NCBI RefSeq assembly: GCF_022539665.2
Contig: NC_081331.1
Location: 5,952,001-6,016,000, forward strand
Length of the DNA stretch: 64,000 nucleotides
Source of the DNA: Daphnia carinata
Taxonomy: Eukaryota
Direction of reading: 5' to 3'
The notes under the pieces are model-generated. The model saw only the letters and a program-made list of their open reading frames with translations. It was not told where the DNA came from and searched no databases. Shown in pieces: positions 36,953-51,744 of the stretch. The first letter of the stretch is position 1, and each line of letters begins with the position of its first letter. Both the position numbers and the translations under genes were made by a program.

Positions 36953-38949
36953 TTACAATGGAGATTGTTGCAATAAGACGAATGGCAGTATAAGACCAAC
37001 AGCACCAATGCAGTAACACGGCCCGGCCCCAAACACGAAGAATACTAGAAATTAAATGATCATACATCAACCGAGTTTATCCAACGAAGTCAATATTATA
37101 AAATTTTACCAAACGAAGATACTAATGGACCGAAGGCTCGAGCAAGTGCTCCCAATGATCTTAGGGTGCCGATCACTGCACCCTTCTGATCGGCTCGCCC
37201 ATACGCAGCTGTCATTGCAGTTAAGCACGGAATGACAATGGCTGATCCTGAAAATCAGCATATTTTCAATGCAAAAATGTACATCATTAACTGTGAAGAG
37301 AAATGGCGGTCAACTTACCCAGAGAATACAAACCAAGTCCGAAATACAACGCTGTTGCACTGTTTGAGAGACCCACAATAACAAAGCTAGGAATTATAAC
37401 CCCTAGACCCTAGTAGAATTGTCGAACATTAATAACAAGTAAGAATGATATAAACGGCATAAGAACTTACGACTAACGCGAGCATTTTTTCTTTGCCAGG
37501 TTTGACACGTCGTACTAAACCACCTTGGAAGAACGCCATCAGCAAGCCGATGAAGAGCAACATTTTCCCTTGCTGAGCAGCGTTATAGTCGAACCGCAAA
37601 TGTGTCAAAAATGTCAACGTGTACTCCAGTCCCGAAAACAGGAACAAAAACAAAAAATAAACTCTTCCAAGTACTTTCAATTTTTCGAGATCTAGACAAA
37701 AATGGGCAAGAGAAAAAAGATTTGTAAGCTCTAATTAGCTTGCGAGGACAGCGGATGATATGGCCGTCGCTTAGTTGGGTAACAAAATAAAACCTTTTTT
37801 GGCGATGCCATCGGCTAGCTGAAATTTAAAAAGAGAAACGGGATTGACGAGATTCCAAGTTTGAGATAACTGTAGGGATTTTGCCCTTTTTTCCTATAAA
37901 GAATCAGGGCTTACGTTAACGAAACATGCAGAAAGACGGTGACCATGGCTTTACCTTGGGTAACGATTCGGTAAAGAATACTGATAGAAATCCGAAGTTT
38001 AGAACAGCTAAAGTTAACGAAAAAATGGCTGGCCAAAACCACCAGTTTCCTGTGCTGCTATCGACACCCCAAACAGAAAATGCTGCACCCGTTACCGGTC
38101 CTATTATGAAACCGATTGCGAAGGCAACACCAACCAAGGCCTACGGTATTGGCAAATGTAAACATGAACAATAAATATTAATAAATATGTGGTCCAAAAT
38201 TTATTGCAACAAAATAAAATGTTACCATGGCTTTAGCCCTTGTTAAGCTGTCTGTAATATCTGCCATTACAGCTGTGGCCAAGCTCACATTTGCTTTACT
38301 GATACCACCAACAGCTCGGGCTAGTACAAAGAGAGCAAAGTTGTCAGATACAACCCAAAGAGCATAAGAGGCTGCAATTCCAACCTTTGAAAAATACAAT
38401 TGTTAAAGACAACTATTGAGAGACTAAAAAATTATCAATGCAATACCATGCTAACAAGCAATGCAGGTTTTCTACCATAGGTATCAGACAGACATCCAGC
38501 CAATGGAGAAGCCAGAAATTGCAAAAAAGAAAATAAGGAACCCAGGACACCTACATGATACATAAATACTTGTTTTCAAAGTACACTGCAGCTGACATTG
38601 GATATTTTAAGCATTTGGTTAATAACAGGGTAGGTAAAATGAACTAAAAAATTTCACAAACCTCCTGTCATCACTGAATTGAATTTTTCAGGAATGTGTA
38701 ACGTTTCCTGTAAGGTTTTTACTGTGCTCTCTAGAAAACTGATGGAAGCACCACCACTAAGGCTGTAGTGGTCCAGTAATTTTGGCATAAGTGGCAAAAT
38801 AATGGTGAAACCAATAAGATCAATAACAAGTGAAGTGAACATCACCCATGCCACAGGATTGAGTCGAGATCTCACAGCTTCTTTTTTGCTTGCCTAAAGT
38901 ACAATGAAGTTAGTAATAAGAATATCACAAACTAACATAAGTCTACCAT
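36953..38949 (-). CDS. MFSD10: Major facilitator superfamily transporter, MFSD10/tetracycline-transporter-like (multi-exon)
   Basis: SLVIDLIGFTIILPLMP, GCLSDTYGRKP (MFS motif A), ARAVGGISKANVSL, AFAIGFIIGP, LFLFSGLEYTLTFLTH, GTLRSLGALARAFGP. Confidence 0.88.
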
Positions 38950-39584
38950 TTCCAAAATGTTTTTAATTTTGTAGATCAAGGTGTCCAAAGCACTTTATTG
39001 CACAGCATTAAATGTTTCCTGAAAGCTAGCGAACAGCCGATGGTCTTCGCGACTTCTTTTAACCTTTTAAACCGAAAACCAGCTCATGATAACCCAAAGA
39101 TGATAAGCCAATAGTAGAAGAGATAACTTTTACATAGCCCGCCAGCGCCTTGCCGTTTAGTGTTGTGACTTGTGACAGCATGTGTGTAAGAATGTTTACG
39201 TGGACAGCTAGGCTGCCAGTTCACCAGATGTAATGCGTATCATCAGAATTTGTTAACGGATAATTTTTTCAAACGCATAATGTCTGAGGCCCTATTGAAA
39301 TTGTTAAACGATGATTATGAAATTTTTTTTCTCTAGATAACGGGGACATTATATTTTTTACTCAGTGAAGAAAGGTCATTGCCCATTGGTCATTCACCCT
39401 TAAACTTCATCACTACTTTCGTATAAATTGGGTTTAAATTTGAAGCACTATAGAAATGAAGCTCGATTAGGAGTTCATGTTCATACATTCTAAAAAAAAG
39501 TGGCATATTGCTGATTTTCTTTCGGTTTTCCCCTTTCCCTTCGAACCAGTAGATACTAAACGACTATCAATTGAGCGTTTTCGG

Positions 39585-39597
39585 CCACCAGGTGGCA
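39585..39597 (+). promoter_or_regulatory. CTCF-like motif in the divergent MFSD10/AKAP10 promoter region
   Basis: CCACCAGGTGGCA matches the CTCF core consensus; motif match only. Confidence 0.35.
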
Positions 39598-40220
39598 TAG
39601 AAGATTATTCATATTTACCGGATTGAAATATCCAGTAGCAGACGGAATCTGTTTTACGGAATATTTAGAGTTGACGTCTCTTGTTTTCCTCTCATGAATT
39701 CGACCTTGTAAATTTTCCGTCCTCGTTTAGACTATGATTTTTGGAGGTGAATAGTAATTTTGGTAAAACCATTCCTCAAACAAGAATCTCTACTCATGAG
39801 ACCACTAGCAACAAATTTTGGTTGGAATCCTACTTAAGATCACGAAATTTGGTTGTGCAAGTCGGAACAGGTATGTTGTTTTCTCACCTCCCGCACACTT
39901 CATATATGTTATACGTGAACTTTTACACACACAATGGGTAGTCTGTGAAATAAGTAAACTTTGTTGCTCAATATTACCAGTTAGATGTCTTCATTACATC
40001 ATTTGATCAATGTTACAAATGTTAGAAAAAGATTGCTTTGGTTAAAATGATGACAGATGACTTATCTTGTAAGCCTCTACCTGTTTTGTTATATTTACTG
40101 AACTGTTTTAATTAAATAACATTGTTTCTTTTTCAGAAGATGACCAATGAAGTGCTATCTACCTAGACGATTAAGTAATATATACTGCTACCCTTTTTTT
40201 AAGCTGCCATAGTAGTTAAC

Positions 40221-42570
40221 ATGGCATTTTGGAAGAGACTTGGTAACTTTTTCACAAATAATAAATTTTTTTTTCAAATAATATATTTTCTTTTATATTG
40301 CTATAAATAGGAAAAAAATCTGGCTCATCTAGCACCACTAGGGCAATTTCAAACAAAAACTATTTGCCTCAAAATAATAATGAATCTGGATCATCTTCAT
40401 TGCCACTATCTACAAGTGGAGATTTGGGAGAAAGTTTACATAACAATCTTCAACGTTTTCCCAGCGAAAAAGACGATACGGTTGTAAAAGATTCAAAGCT
40501 ACAGGAAAAATCAAGCGGTGATTTCGGAGACCTGGGGGATTTGAACCATCCTGATACCATTCGTTCTTGGTCTCGAAGGTCTCGCCTCTCAAAGAATCTT
40601 CATGAAGTCTTGGTGGACTTAACGGCCCTGTCGTACTTTCAACAGTATCTTGAGAACAAACAAGTAAGCAGCTACCTGACGCTGCTAAACGATTTGAAGA
40701 ATTATCATCTCTTGGCGACATCTTTATCGGCAAATGCTTGCACATCCGTTAGTAACGCTAATAGTCCTGTCATGAATGGAGACACTTTGCCTGAAGCCAA
40801 ATGGAGCCCCTCAAAAAATAACGATACTAAAGTACTCCGACTTCTGAATTCGACTTCGAGTAGTTCAGGCTTCAGTGATGATACCAGTCTTGACTCACCT
40901 GGCCACAATATATCCACCCGCTCTATAAAGCCTTTAGGAACAGACACGATGGTTCATAGTTTACTCAGTGAAAGACGGAGAATTATACAGAAATATTTCG
41001 AATCGGATTCAAGCGATTATCTTCCTACGGTTTCGTGTTTCTTACGAGACATTGATCCTTGCTCTTTGGATATAGCCGAACCAGTTTCTGAAGTTTTCCA
41101 TGATGTGCAAATTGGAGTGTGCAACCTGCTTGAAAATGATTATTTTGTTGAGTTTCTTCACTCTGAGTTTTATTATCGATATCAGTTAGATATCATCACA
41201 GTTGGAAAATTGTCGATAACAGACATAATCTATAGCGATGCCTGTCTCTTTTACTTTATGGAGGTAAATATCGCATTTCAATTCTCCGCCCTCTATTCTA
41301 GGTATTTTATTAACTATTGTTGGACGTAGTTCATGGACCAAGAAGGGAAACGTCATTGGTTAGAATTTTGGCTAGCCGCAGACAACTACCGATCTCAGTG
41401 GAACTCTCCTAATGCTTCATTGGACGCCTTGATTATATATAACAAGTAAATTAACATGCATACCCACAAAATGTTTACAAAGAATATAATTTTTTTTTTG
41501 TCCTGTTACTACAGATATTTTTCCCTACAAGCCACACAGCCATTGGGTTTGGCAGATGCTGTGCGTTCCAGTATAGAAGAAAACATTTGTATGACCCAAA
41601 ACGGACCTGGTCCAGACTGCTTCGAAAACGCTCTTCATCTTTTGTTGTCTGCAATGGAGAAGGTAAAAAGTAATTTTTCTGAGACGCTCTTTTATTGATG
41701 AAACTTCTTTGTTAGAAATTTCTTCAACCGTTCTTATCTTCTCCCGTTTTTTGCCAATACGTAAATGACATCGTAAGTGCCCTGAAAAATGCAACAAATC
41801 TTTTAGCGCGATGCAAGCGTTCGGGTTAGTTAAACCTTAAAATTCGCCAAATCTATTTACTTGGTATTAACATGGATTTATTTTAGGTTCCACTAGCACG
41901 ATTAACAGCGAAGTGAGTGGTATAAGTTGTAGTACAACATCAGCAACCGTCTCAAGCTACCTAGCAGCCGGAGTCTCTTCTACATTACCTCTCGGAGTTG
42001 TGTCGCCTCCTATAGCTAACAATACCGAAAATTCAATGATACGCTTGGTCAACAGTATTAGTAACGAAAGCTTAATGATTGACATTCGACAGTTGAATGA
42101 CCCAGACTCGTTGTGGCAGAGGAAGAAAATTGCGTAATCTAACTTAAGATTTAGACGCTTTAAATTAACAACTAATTATTATTATTATTGTTTTACGTTG
42201 GGGTTCAGGTTAAGCCTAGGACGGCTTACTCCGTTCGGCAGATTCTATAGTGAAATAGAATTTCCACTTGAAAAGAAAACAGGTATGGTATGCCTACGTT
42301 AACCTCCAAACAAATTTACAAGCCGGAATAAGAGAAATACTGTTCATTTGCAGAATCAAAACTGTCCAAAGCTGTACGGAAATTTGTATTCGTTGAGGAG
42401 GACCAGGTAAAACAATAGATTAATATTTATTCTATCCAGTATAGAATTTCAAGTTTCATTTTTATTATTGCTTCCAGGAAAAACAGGATATGGCTTGGCA
42501 AATGGCGGAAATTATTATCAAAGATGTATTAGCAATAACTTTAGGAAGGGGAGCGCCTCGTGCCACATAG
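40221..42570 (+). CDS. AKAP10: A-kinase anchor protein 10 (D-AKAP2/pkaap)-like (multi-exon)
   Basis: Two RGS-like domains (ALSYFQQYLE; CLFYFMEFMDQEG..LEFWLAADNY; YFSLQATQPLG), DPDSLWQR, and C-terminal PKA-binding helix DMAWQMAEIIIKDV. Confidence 0.88.
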
Positions 42571-42977
42571 TGTCCCTTCTATATCATCCCAATACCCTAC
42601 TGTCTAAAATAAATTGTTGACAAAACGAGTTTGGGGCAAACCCATATAATCGCATTATATTCCATTATGTTATACATCTGACTGCTGAAATTGTTACTGT
42701 GATGACGTTTTGATGTAATTATGTATGTACCTATCTATCCATACCGGTCGTGGTTTCATGCGAGATACGGCTAGTCTTTCATTCTTGTTTCTTCAGAAAG
42801 TGCTGCCTATTGAAGACGGTAACAAAAAAATAAAGTCTAATCTGGCAACGTTTGGGCTATTCTACTCTGCTCGTCACGTGTTCATCTTTTTTCATCTCTT
42901 CTGCAAGAAGAGTGCCGCATTCATTTTTACTCTTACCGTTTTCACGGAAAATCGACCTTGCCTTGTGCTTCTCGATT

Positions 42978-45359
42978 ATGGCCGTCGAGTCAAAGAAGAA
43001 TGAAACAAGCGCAGAAAAAACGGTGAATTCAGAAGCTTCTAAAGGAGAGGAATTCGTCAAAATCAACGGCGAAGGTAAGACGAACCGCACAGTCATAGAG
43101 ATAGCCATATTTTTTTCCCATGCGTGGTTCCGATACGTGATGTGCATAAAAAAACGACTGAAGTCTATAGCTTTTAGATATCCAACACTAACTTTGTACG
43201 TGCCTAAAGTACATTCACGTGTATGACTTAACTTGACTGTTTTTACAATAATTAATGCTACATGTTTATTAGTTTATATGAAATCTTATGTAATCTGAGT
43301 CCAACACAATTTACTAATCCTTTGTATTAGTTTAAAGTGAAATTGTCAAATTTGAGGTTCACCTCGTATGCAGTGTGTATCTAACATAACTCATACATAC
43401 TAGGTAAAAGTAAAGAGATATCGAAGCAACACAAAGAGGACCAGAATGCAGGGAAGAAAGGGAGTAGCATAAATGGTGAAAAGAATCTGAACTTGAACAC
43501 AGAATCTACTGAGGATAAAGAAGATGAAAAAAAAGATGAACAAGATGTTGTCTTTGTTCAAGATGTTGGCTTTACCATCAAAATAATGGCACCAGGAGTG
43601 GAGCCTTTTGATATCCAAGTAAAGATGAGTGCACGGTTTCTTTGTTTTGTTAATCTAACTATCCAATTTTACAATATTAGGTTTCAAGCATGGAAATGGT
43701 CCAGGAAATTCATCAATTGTTGATGGATCGTGAAGATACTTGCCATCGGACTTGCTTTTCTCTTCAACTGAATGCAACAACACTGGATAATTTTGCAGAA
43801 TTGAAAAGCATTGAAGGTCTTAAAGAGGGTTCTGTTATCAAGGTAACATATACTTCAGTAATTATTGTTAAAAAGGTATTAGCTAAGGGTTATTTTGTAT
43901 ACCAAGGTTGTTGAAGAACCGTACACGATGCGTGAGGCAAGGATTCATTTGCGCCACGTTAGAGACTTGCTGAAGTCTTTGGATCCGTCAGACGCCTATA
44001 ATGGACTTGACTGCAGTTCATTATCATTTTTGAACGTTGTTACGCAGGGAGACATACTAGGTAAATATTTCTTGTGTGAAAGTCGCGTAAACTTGTGTGA
44101 TATTTTGTAGAAAGCCTTCTCATTGATCACTGACATTTAACACTGCAATTGTTTTTTCATGCTTCATTTATTTTCAAGTGCGATTGCAAGGTATCTTAAT
44201 GCAATCCGTATTTGTAACTGTGTCAATATTTATCGGAAATTTAAAAATCCTAATTTTCTTGCAGAAAAGAAAAAAAGTCGTCCAGAAAGTGTAGACTGCA
44301 CTCCGTCGGATTCCATCATACCCGGTTCATCCGAGAGACCCTTGCTCCCATTGCAACCACAAAGTAAAGAGCAAAAAGGGCCCAGTTGCATCAAAGTGCT
44401 CACTACTTCCGGTTGGAATCCTCCCCCAGGTAGAATTGGTCAGCCCCCAAAGAAGAAATCTAACAATTAAATGGTCTTCATTTATATTCAGGTTACCGCA
44501 AGTTACATGGCGACCTAATTTACTTGTATGCTGTTACTCTCGAAGAAAAGAGATTGCATATTACTGCATGCACCCGAGGTTTCTACATAAACCAGTCGAC
44601 CGATGAAGAGTTCAACCCAAAACCAGCGAATCCAAACCATCTTTCGCATTCATTGATCGAGCTACTTTCTCAAGTGTCACCATCATTCAAGCGAAATTTT
44701 ACTCAGTTGCAGCGAAAACGCACTCAGAGACACCCATTCGAAAGGGTTGCGACTCCTTATCAAGTAATTTCACATTCGTCAAATCCCTCCTAGGCTTTCA
44801 TGTAACTCTGTTTACCTTCATCAAAATCAAGGTTTACTCCTGGATTGCACCAATGGCTGATCATCCAATCGATGCTATCAGAGCAGAAGATGCTTTCTCT
44901 TCCAAATTAGGCTATGAAGAGCACATCCCTGGCCAAACTCGTGACTGGAACGAAGAGTTGCAAACAACACGAGAGCTTCCCCGAAAAAATTTACCTGAAC
45001 GCCTTTTAAGAGAGAGAGCTATATTCAAGGTATGCAGTACATATTTTTACAAAGAAGCGTATAACCAGTTATTTAATTTGTGGTGAAATTTTTCAAAATT
45101 AAGGTGCACTCAGATTTCGTTGCTGCCGCTGCCCGTGGAGCTCAAGCTGTAATTGACGGGAATGTTATGGCCATTAATCCTGGCGAAGAGTCCCGTATGC
45201 AGATGTTTATTTGGAACAACATTTTTTTTTCTCTTGGGTTCGATGTCCGTGATCACTACAAAGAATTGGGTGGTGACGCTGCTGCATATGTAGCACCTAA
45301 AAATGATCTTCAGGTAAAAGGACATTTTCGGCAATTGATGTTATCGGATTTTTGTTCAC

Positions 45360-45391
<32 letters not shown>

Positions 45392-48300
45392 GTTGTGCGT
45401 AGGGCGTAAAAGTTTACAATAGTGTCGACCAAGAGGGGCTGTACACTCTGGGAACTGTGGTGATTGACTATCGAGGCTATCGCGTCACAGCCCAGTCAAT
45501 TATTCCTGGTATTTTGGAAAGAGAACAAGAGCAGTCTGTTGTATACGGGTCCATAGATTTTGGGAAAACAGTCGTCACCCATCCCAAGTATTTGGAGCTC
45601 TTGGGTAAAGCCGGACAACAACTAAAGGTCTTCCAGCACAGCGTTCTCAACGACAAAGATGAAGAAGTAGAATTATGTTCGTCAGTCGAGTGCAAGGGTA
45701 TTATTGGTAATGATGGACGGCATTATATTCTCGACCTTTTGCGTACTTTCCCTCCCGATGTTAACTTCTTAAAAATCGAGGGAGAAGAACTAAGTAAAGA
45801 GGCCCGAGCCCTCGGCTTCCCTGTGGAGCACAAACACAAGCTTTGTTGCCTACGCCAAGAACTGGTTGACGCATTTGTCGAGTCCCGTTACATGCTGTTT
45901 ATTAAGTATGCCGCGTTTCATCTTCAACAAGTTGGCCTTAAAAAGCAAAAAGTGCCATCGGAACGTGGCACTTCTATTGAAAAAGAAGCAGCCAAGTCAG
46001 AAGAAACGGAAATTGCTGGTGTTCAAGTCACGTGTGCATCAGAAAAAGGAACAGAAGAACAGCAGCAACTGAATTCTGACGAGGCTAAGAAAATTGTGGA
46101 GAGTATTACCGATTCGATCACACATGGAGAAAAACCTGATGTAGAAGAGAGCACAAAGGTACGTTGTCGAATAACAGTTTTATCGCTTGACTTCTTTATT
46201 GACCAAGTCTTTGTTTAGGAAATTGTCCGTAAAGCTGCAGCAGCCGTAGGTTCCTTGAAAGACACGGAATTCGATATCCGTTTCAACCCGGATGTACTGT
46301 CCCCGGGAGTTCGCCATCCTGATGGGCTTGTTGCTCTCGAGCGGCTAAAGAAAGAAAAGCAACTTATCAAAGACGCGGCAGATTTCCTCATCACAATTCA
46401 AATCCCTACTTTTATTCGTGACTGTTTGGATCACTCGTCTGCTCCTTTGGATGGCAGCACTTTAATCGAAGCAGTTCATAGTCGTGGTAAGTTAGTTTGG
46501 ATTTTTCAAATGAATTAAGCCAGTTATTATTAATTGATTTTATGACAATTTAGGAATTAACGTTCGTTACTTGGGCAAAATTGTAACCATGCTATCTAAA
46601 GTACCGCAATTGGAATACGTTTATGTGATTGGTGTTTCCGAGTTGATTGTTCGAGCGGCTAAACATCTTTTTACCAGCTATATGCAAGGTGTCGAAATGA
46701 TGGGGCTATCGGCGGCGATCGCTCATTTTCTTAATTGCTTCCTTGGATCAAATCCAACTCCCGTGGTAATTAAAACTCGAGCTCGGTTCATGTAAGATCC
46801 CGTTTTTAATCAATTATTTCGTGACATAGGCCACACTTGGAGCTGATGAACTACAAACAAAGCCATCCAAACGTCGCAATAAACGCAGGGGAAAACAGAG
46901 TCCTCTATCCAACAACGAAAGCACAGATTGGATTCATATGACCCCCAAAAGTTTGTGGTCCCTCCTTAAAGCTGAATTGAGTTCATACTGGGATTGGGAA
47001 TTAGCTGCTGATGGCATTGACGCAGCGATTGAAAAGTACATGGGCCAAAAAGTATCATTACTTCGAGCTTTCTGCCAGCGCACTGGCATTCAGGTAACGC
47101 ATTACCCCCGAGTTTTCTTACAGTTTCTTCAACTTAAGTTTTTTGTTTCAGATTCTTATGAGGGAATATGTTTACGAAGTCAAGAATCGTAATACTTTTT
47201 TCGAAGAAGATATCATTAACGTCTTCCCCGTAGTCAAACACATTAACCCTCGTGCTAGCGACGCTTTCCACTTCTACACAACTGGTCAGCAAAAGATTCA
47301 GCAAGGCTTCTTAAAAGAAGGTTACGAGCTCATCAGTGAAGCTCTTAACCTTCTAAACAACGTTTACGGAGCTATGCATCCAGAGATTGCTCAGTGCCTC
47401 CGAATGCTAGCGAGACTAAACTACATCATGGGTGAGCATGTCGAAGCTCTTGGTTATCAGCAAAAGGCCGTCTTTATGTCGGAGCGAGTTAATGGTATTG
47501 ACCATCCGTACACAATCACAGAATACGTAAGTGCCAAATCTGAATATCATAATGCGACGTAGTTCTTGTTGACATTGAATAACTTTTTTTTATAGACTCA
47601 CCTCGCTTTATACTGCTTCGCCAACAATCAGATTTCGACTGCCCTGAAACTGTTGTATCGAGCACGTTATTTGACTTTAATTGTCATTGGAGAGAATCAC
47701 CCTGAAGTAGCCTTGCTCGACTCAAACATCGGTCTCATTTTACACGCCGTTGGAGAATACGATCTCTCTCTGCGTTTCCTTGAAAAAGCACTAGCTTTGA
47801 ACAAAAAGTATTATGGATCCCGTTCTTTGAAAGGTAATTGCGTTGTCTCGCCTAGACTACAATGATTGGTTGATTGCATTCTATTGCATTTTCAGTTGCC
47901 GTCAGTTACCATTTGGTTGCCAGAACTCAAAGCTGTATGGGTGATTTCCGCTCTGCCCTTCAGAATGAAAAAGAAACTTACACCATTTATAAGCTTCAGG
48001 TATTGATTTGTGTTTGATTGGCCTCGAAATTTCGTTTACACTTCTTTCCCTTAACTAACCGAATCCTGTTACTTTTTCCAAGTTGGGAGAGGAACATGAA
48101 AAGACAAAGGAGTCGTCAGAATGCCTTCGGCATCTCACACAGCAGGCTGTTGTGCTACAGAAAAAGATGAACGAACTTTACCAAGGGCGTTTGGGAGCCG
48201 GTGTTCCGACCACTGGTTTGCCCTTACCTCCTATTCAAATCCAACCGCCTTCCATGGGAAGCGTCCTCGATATGCTCAATGTTATCAACGGCATTCTTTT

Positions 48301-48511
48301 TGTTCAAATTAGGTGATTCACTATTTCCATTTACTATTATTATATTTTCAAAATCTATTTAACATTTCCCTTTAGTCCGCAAGACATAGAAGCGTTCCGT
48401 GAAGAGATGGAACGTCGTCAGATGACAGAAGGCAGTCCACCTAAATTGCTTGAAATGAAAGATGAGGAGGTGGTGTCAACAGATAGTAGTCAAGTCAAAT
48501 CTTGCAGTTAA
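42978..48511 (+). CDS. clu: Clustered mitochondria protein homolog (clueless/CLUH), multi-exon
   Basis: [75 protein letters not shown] and C-terminal TPR repeats; stop at 48509-48511. Confidence 0.96.
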
Positions 48512-49542
48512 TCAACACGCATGGAAGCGCTTTTCCGCGCGGACGTCAGCAACGACATTGTTCAACATGCTAAAAGAAAATAGTTGCCATAAAGAAAAGA
48601 AAAAAGACCTGGTCTCCCGCGCCGTAGTCAAACGTTAGATTTTTTTAATTATTTGTTATTGATAGAAAAACGTGTTTTCGATTTTTCTCCGCCTAGAGAA
48701 AACGAATGTCAGTGACGAGTTAAGTCGTTAGACCGGAACCTCAGGCCCAAATAGTTTTTCTCCTTGTTCGTTGTTCTTTGTTTGAATCCCGTCTTTCGTT
48801 GACGAAGAAGTCATCTCATGAGTTTCCACAACGAACGTACACACTCGGTCAGACATTTGTGTTTCAGTCGTCAATTTAGTGAGTAAAGCTTCTATCGAGC
48901 CCCCTTGTCCATCGTCACGTTGCACGAATACGATCTGATGAGAGAGCCGAAACTGGCATTACTGTAGCTCAACAGTTGATTATTGTAGTAAGTTAAACAT
49001 CATCTCTTCCCCTTCCCATCTTCTCCCGTCCCTGTACCTCCATGGACTTGGTTACCTGATATCTCGGAGGAAATTTCAAAATCATGATTTATTGATACTT
49101 ATTTTGCTTTGAAATCAAGATTTGTCTATGTTCATTGCGTCGAAATTTCTGCAAGAAGGTATGGTTGAAAAGGTGCGAATATTTTTGTGCTATACCTGTA
49201 GTCCTCGATTGATGAACACAATCTTCCTCAACTTGTTGCGTCAAAGCAATCTCGCCTAGCAATAACAAGATCCAGCTAAACCAAGTCCTTTTTCCAGTTA
49301 CGTCACACAATCGTAGTTGTTATACAAAAAAAGCGCGATGAAAGTCGAAGTCGTTTGGTTTTCGGATCGTGTGCATCACTATGTAGAAATGATCTATTAT
49401 TTTACAAGAAAAATTGTAAACACGAGCTGAACTCTTTGTTTTCATTTCTCTTTGTTTTTCTTGCTTTATTTTAATGATTATCTAGAAGAAAGTTTTGGGT
49501 TTTACGCGTCGAGTGGCATTCGTGTGAATCACTCAATTCCAT

Positions 49543-51744
49543 CTAATAGATGTGTTCAACAGAATCAATGGACTGGAAGGCGGTAGTGAAAAGCATGGCT
49601 TGCGAATAATGAGATACCCGCCCCACCTGTTACACATCACGAACGCAATTGCAGAACCGACGTTCGTCACAAATTGGAACGATTCGTGCTCAACGGGATT
49701 GAAGTTTTATGACTATCAATTTTACCTCACTATTTGTCCGTGCATATTGTACGCAGCCGCAAAGTTGTTTCTCTTTTTTTCTAACGTAGGTGTTGTACCA
49801 AAGAGCGAAAGCAATGTTAAAACTTGATAATCCATGTATTGACTTTGCCCATTATGGTGGTCGTTACCGCTTCACTGAACTCCACATGCTTTGAACTTTG
49901 CCTTGCGTGGAGTTCATTCGGACCGCAATTCATGGACTGGGCTACTAGGTTAGATATATACAAGAACTATGGAACTTTTAATTTAATGACGGGCGTAAAC
50001 AACGCCTACGTACTTGTTCGAACCGTACGCTAAAAACCTTGAGGTCGATTATGAAACGAGAATGTGAAAATGTTTAGGCCATCGAAAGTTAGCCTTGGAA
50101 TAGATCAAAGCAACCCCACGTACAGGTCACCTTTGCTGTGACACGATCTTATGGCTTAAGTAACTACGTGTTCTCACCTGCCCCCGTAGAGCTGTTGGGC
50201 GTGCTGCACGATTTAGAGCGCGGGACACGTTTTGCCTTCCAAACAGTGGTGGGCCTTCTTGGGGTCCTACCCTGCAGCGCATGCACCGGCGGCTTGCCTA
50301 ACGGCTTGTCTCCCAATTGCTTGCCCACCTAAATAATTTTATGAAAAAGAAAAATGAAATTCCTCCTTTGTGGAAGATTACAGGTAATAAATCCTTTTCA
50401 AAGAAAATTCGATCCGCTGACGCTTTGAAAAATTCGTGAATGGGAAAGCTATTACGAAATTGGAGCAATCAAATAGAATAATACTTCTTTATCGTAACCA
50501 CGCTTTAAACAAAACATACGTCTGCATTTAGTTTCTGCTATAGTGTTACAAGCACAAAGCTATGTAAAAGAATCCTATAGTGTCGTTTCACCAAGATACT
50601 GCTTTTTCTTATCTGAAATAAAAATCAGGATGCTGTGACAATTGGTCCAGATATTTTACATCAATGAGCGTGTCATTTTCAATGATGAGGGCTGTTCTGC
50701 GAACTGCACGAAAGCCAAACGGATAACAAAAAGGATGGTTTTTCACTTTCCCTCTAATAACAAGAGACACCGCAGTGTATTCAACTCACCAAACTCACGT
50801 TCTAGATCTAGTGATGCATATACCATAGTGGAAAACGGTTTAATGCATACAAAATACTGTACGAAATGGAACCCAACAGGTGATGAAAACATCTGATAGT
50901 GAATAATTCTTGTAATCGACTTTGGTGGAACAATTTCCTTAACCAATGTTTAAAAAAAGGGGTAAAATGCTTTAATTGTACATTATTCATTGAAATTTAA
51001 ATCCTGTGTATCACGCAAGGAACTCGTCAACGAATCCTACCTAAAAGTGTAACGCAATGGGCTAATAATTGGGATTACTAGTCTAGGTAAAAATAAAAGG
51101 GAAAGGCCCTCATCACGATCCTTTAAAGATATATGTTAACCGCTTGAAATCGTGGCTCTGTGACTGCCCATCGCTACGGCTGCCAAAGAGATTTACTGAA
51201 GCGTTAAGAAGTTGAATAAGAAGACTTATGTGTGTCCTTGTAAAGACAAGCGAACAGACGATCATAGTGGGTTTACGTTCCACGTCTGTGAAAATGTCGT
51301 AACAAAGATACTTTAAAGTTTATCCCCACAAAAAAAGTTTTCTACTAGCCGACATCGGAAAAGAATTAAGTTGCATGAAATGTCGGTTCGTCTTAAAAAG
51401 AAATATAAGAACCGATACGAGAAAGTGGCAATTGATTGTAGCGATACTTTCAAAACCATGTCAGATTTCTTTGAGAAAATCACGCAGCATAGAGGATCTC
51501 GTTACATTTTATTGCTAGTCCTTCTTTTGTAGCTTGGCTTGTTACACGATTGTAGCGTGACTTGCACTGTAATTCTATAAACTGAATTTTCTCGAAATGC
51601 ATAACCTTGCAAGTTACACAAACATCACGATTTTGCACAATTCGTACAAATGAACGAAGACCATAGAAATGACTAGCTCTCGATTTCATCATAGCCTACC
51701 CTTTTTACCTTGTTAAGAACGGGAACATCTTCATCATTTTCCAT
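49543..51744 (-). CDS. Possible small orphan gene (~115 aa, 4 exons)
   Basis: Candidate exons 51744-51709, 50328-50178, 49944-49868 and 49626-49543 have GT-AG boundaries and join in frame (MENDEDVPVLNK-VGKQLGDKPLGKPP...). No recognisable domain, and the introns are longer than typical here. Confidence 0.28.
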
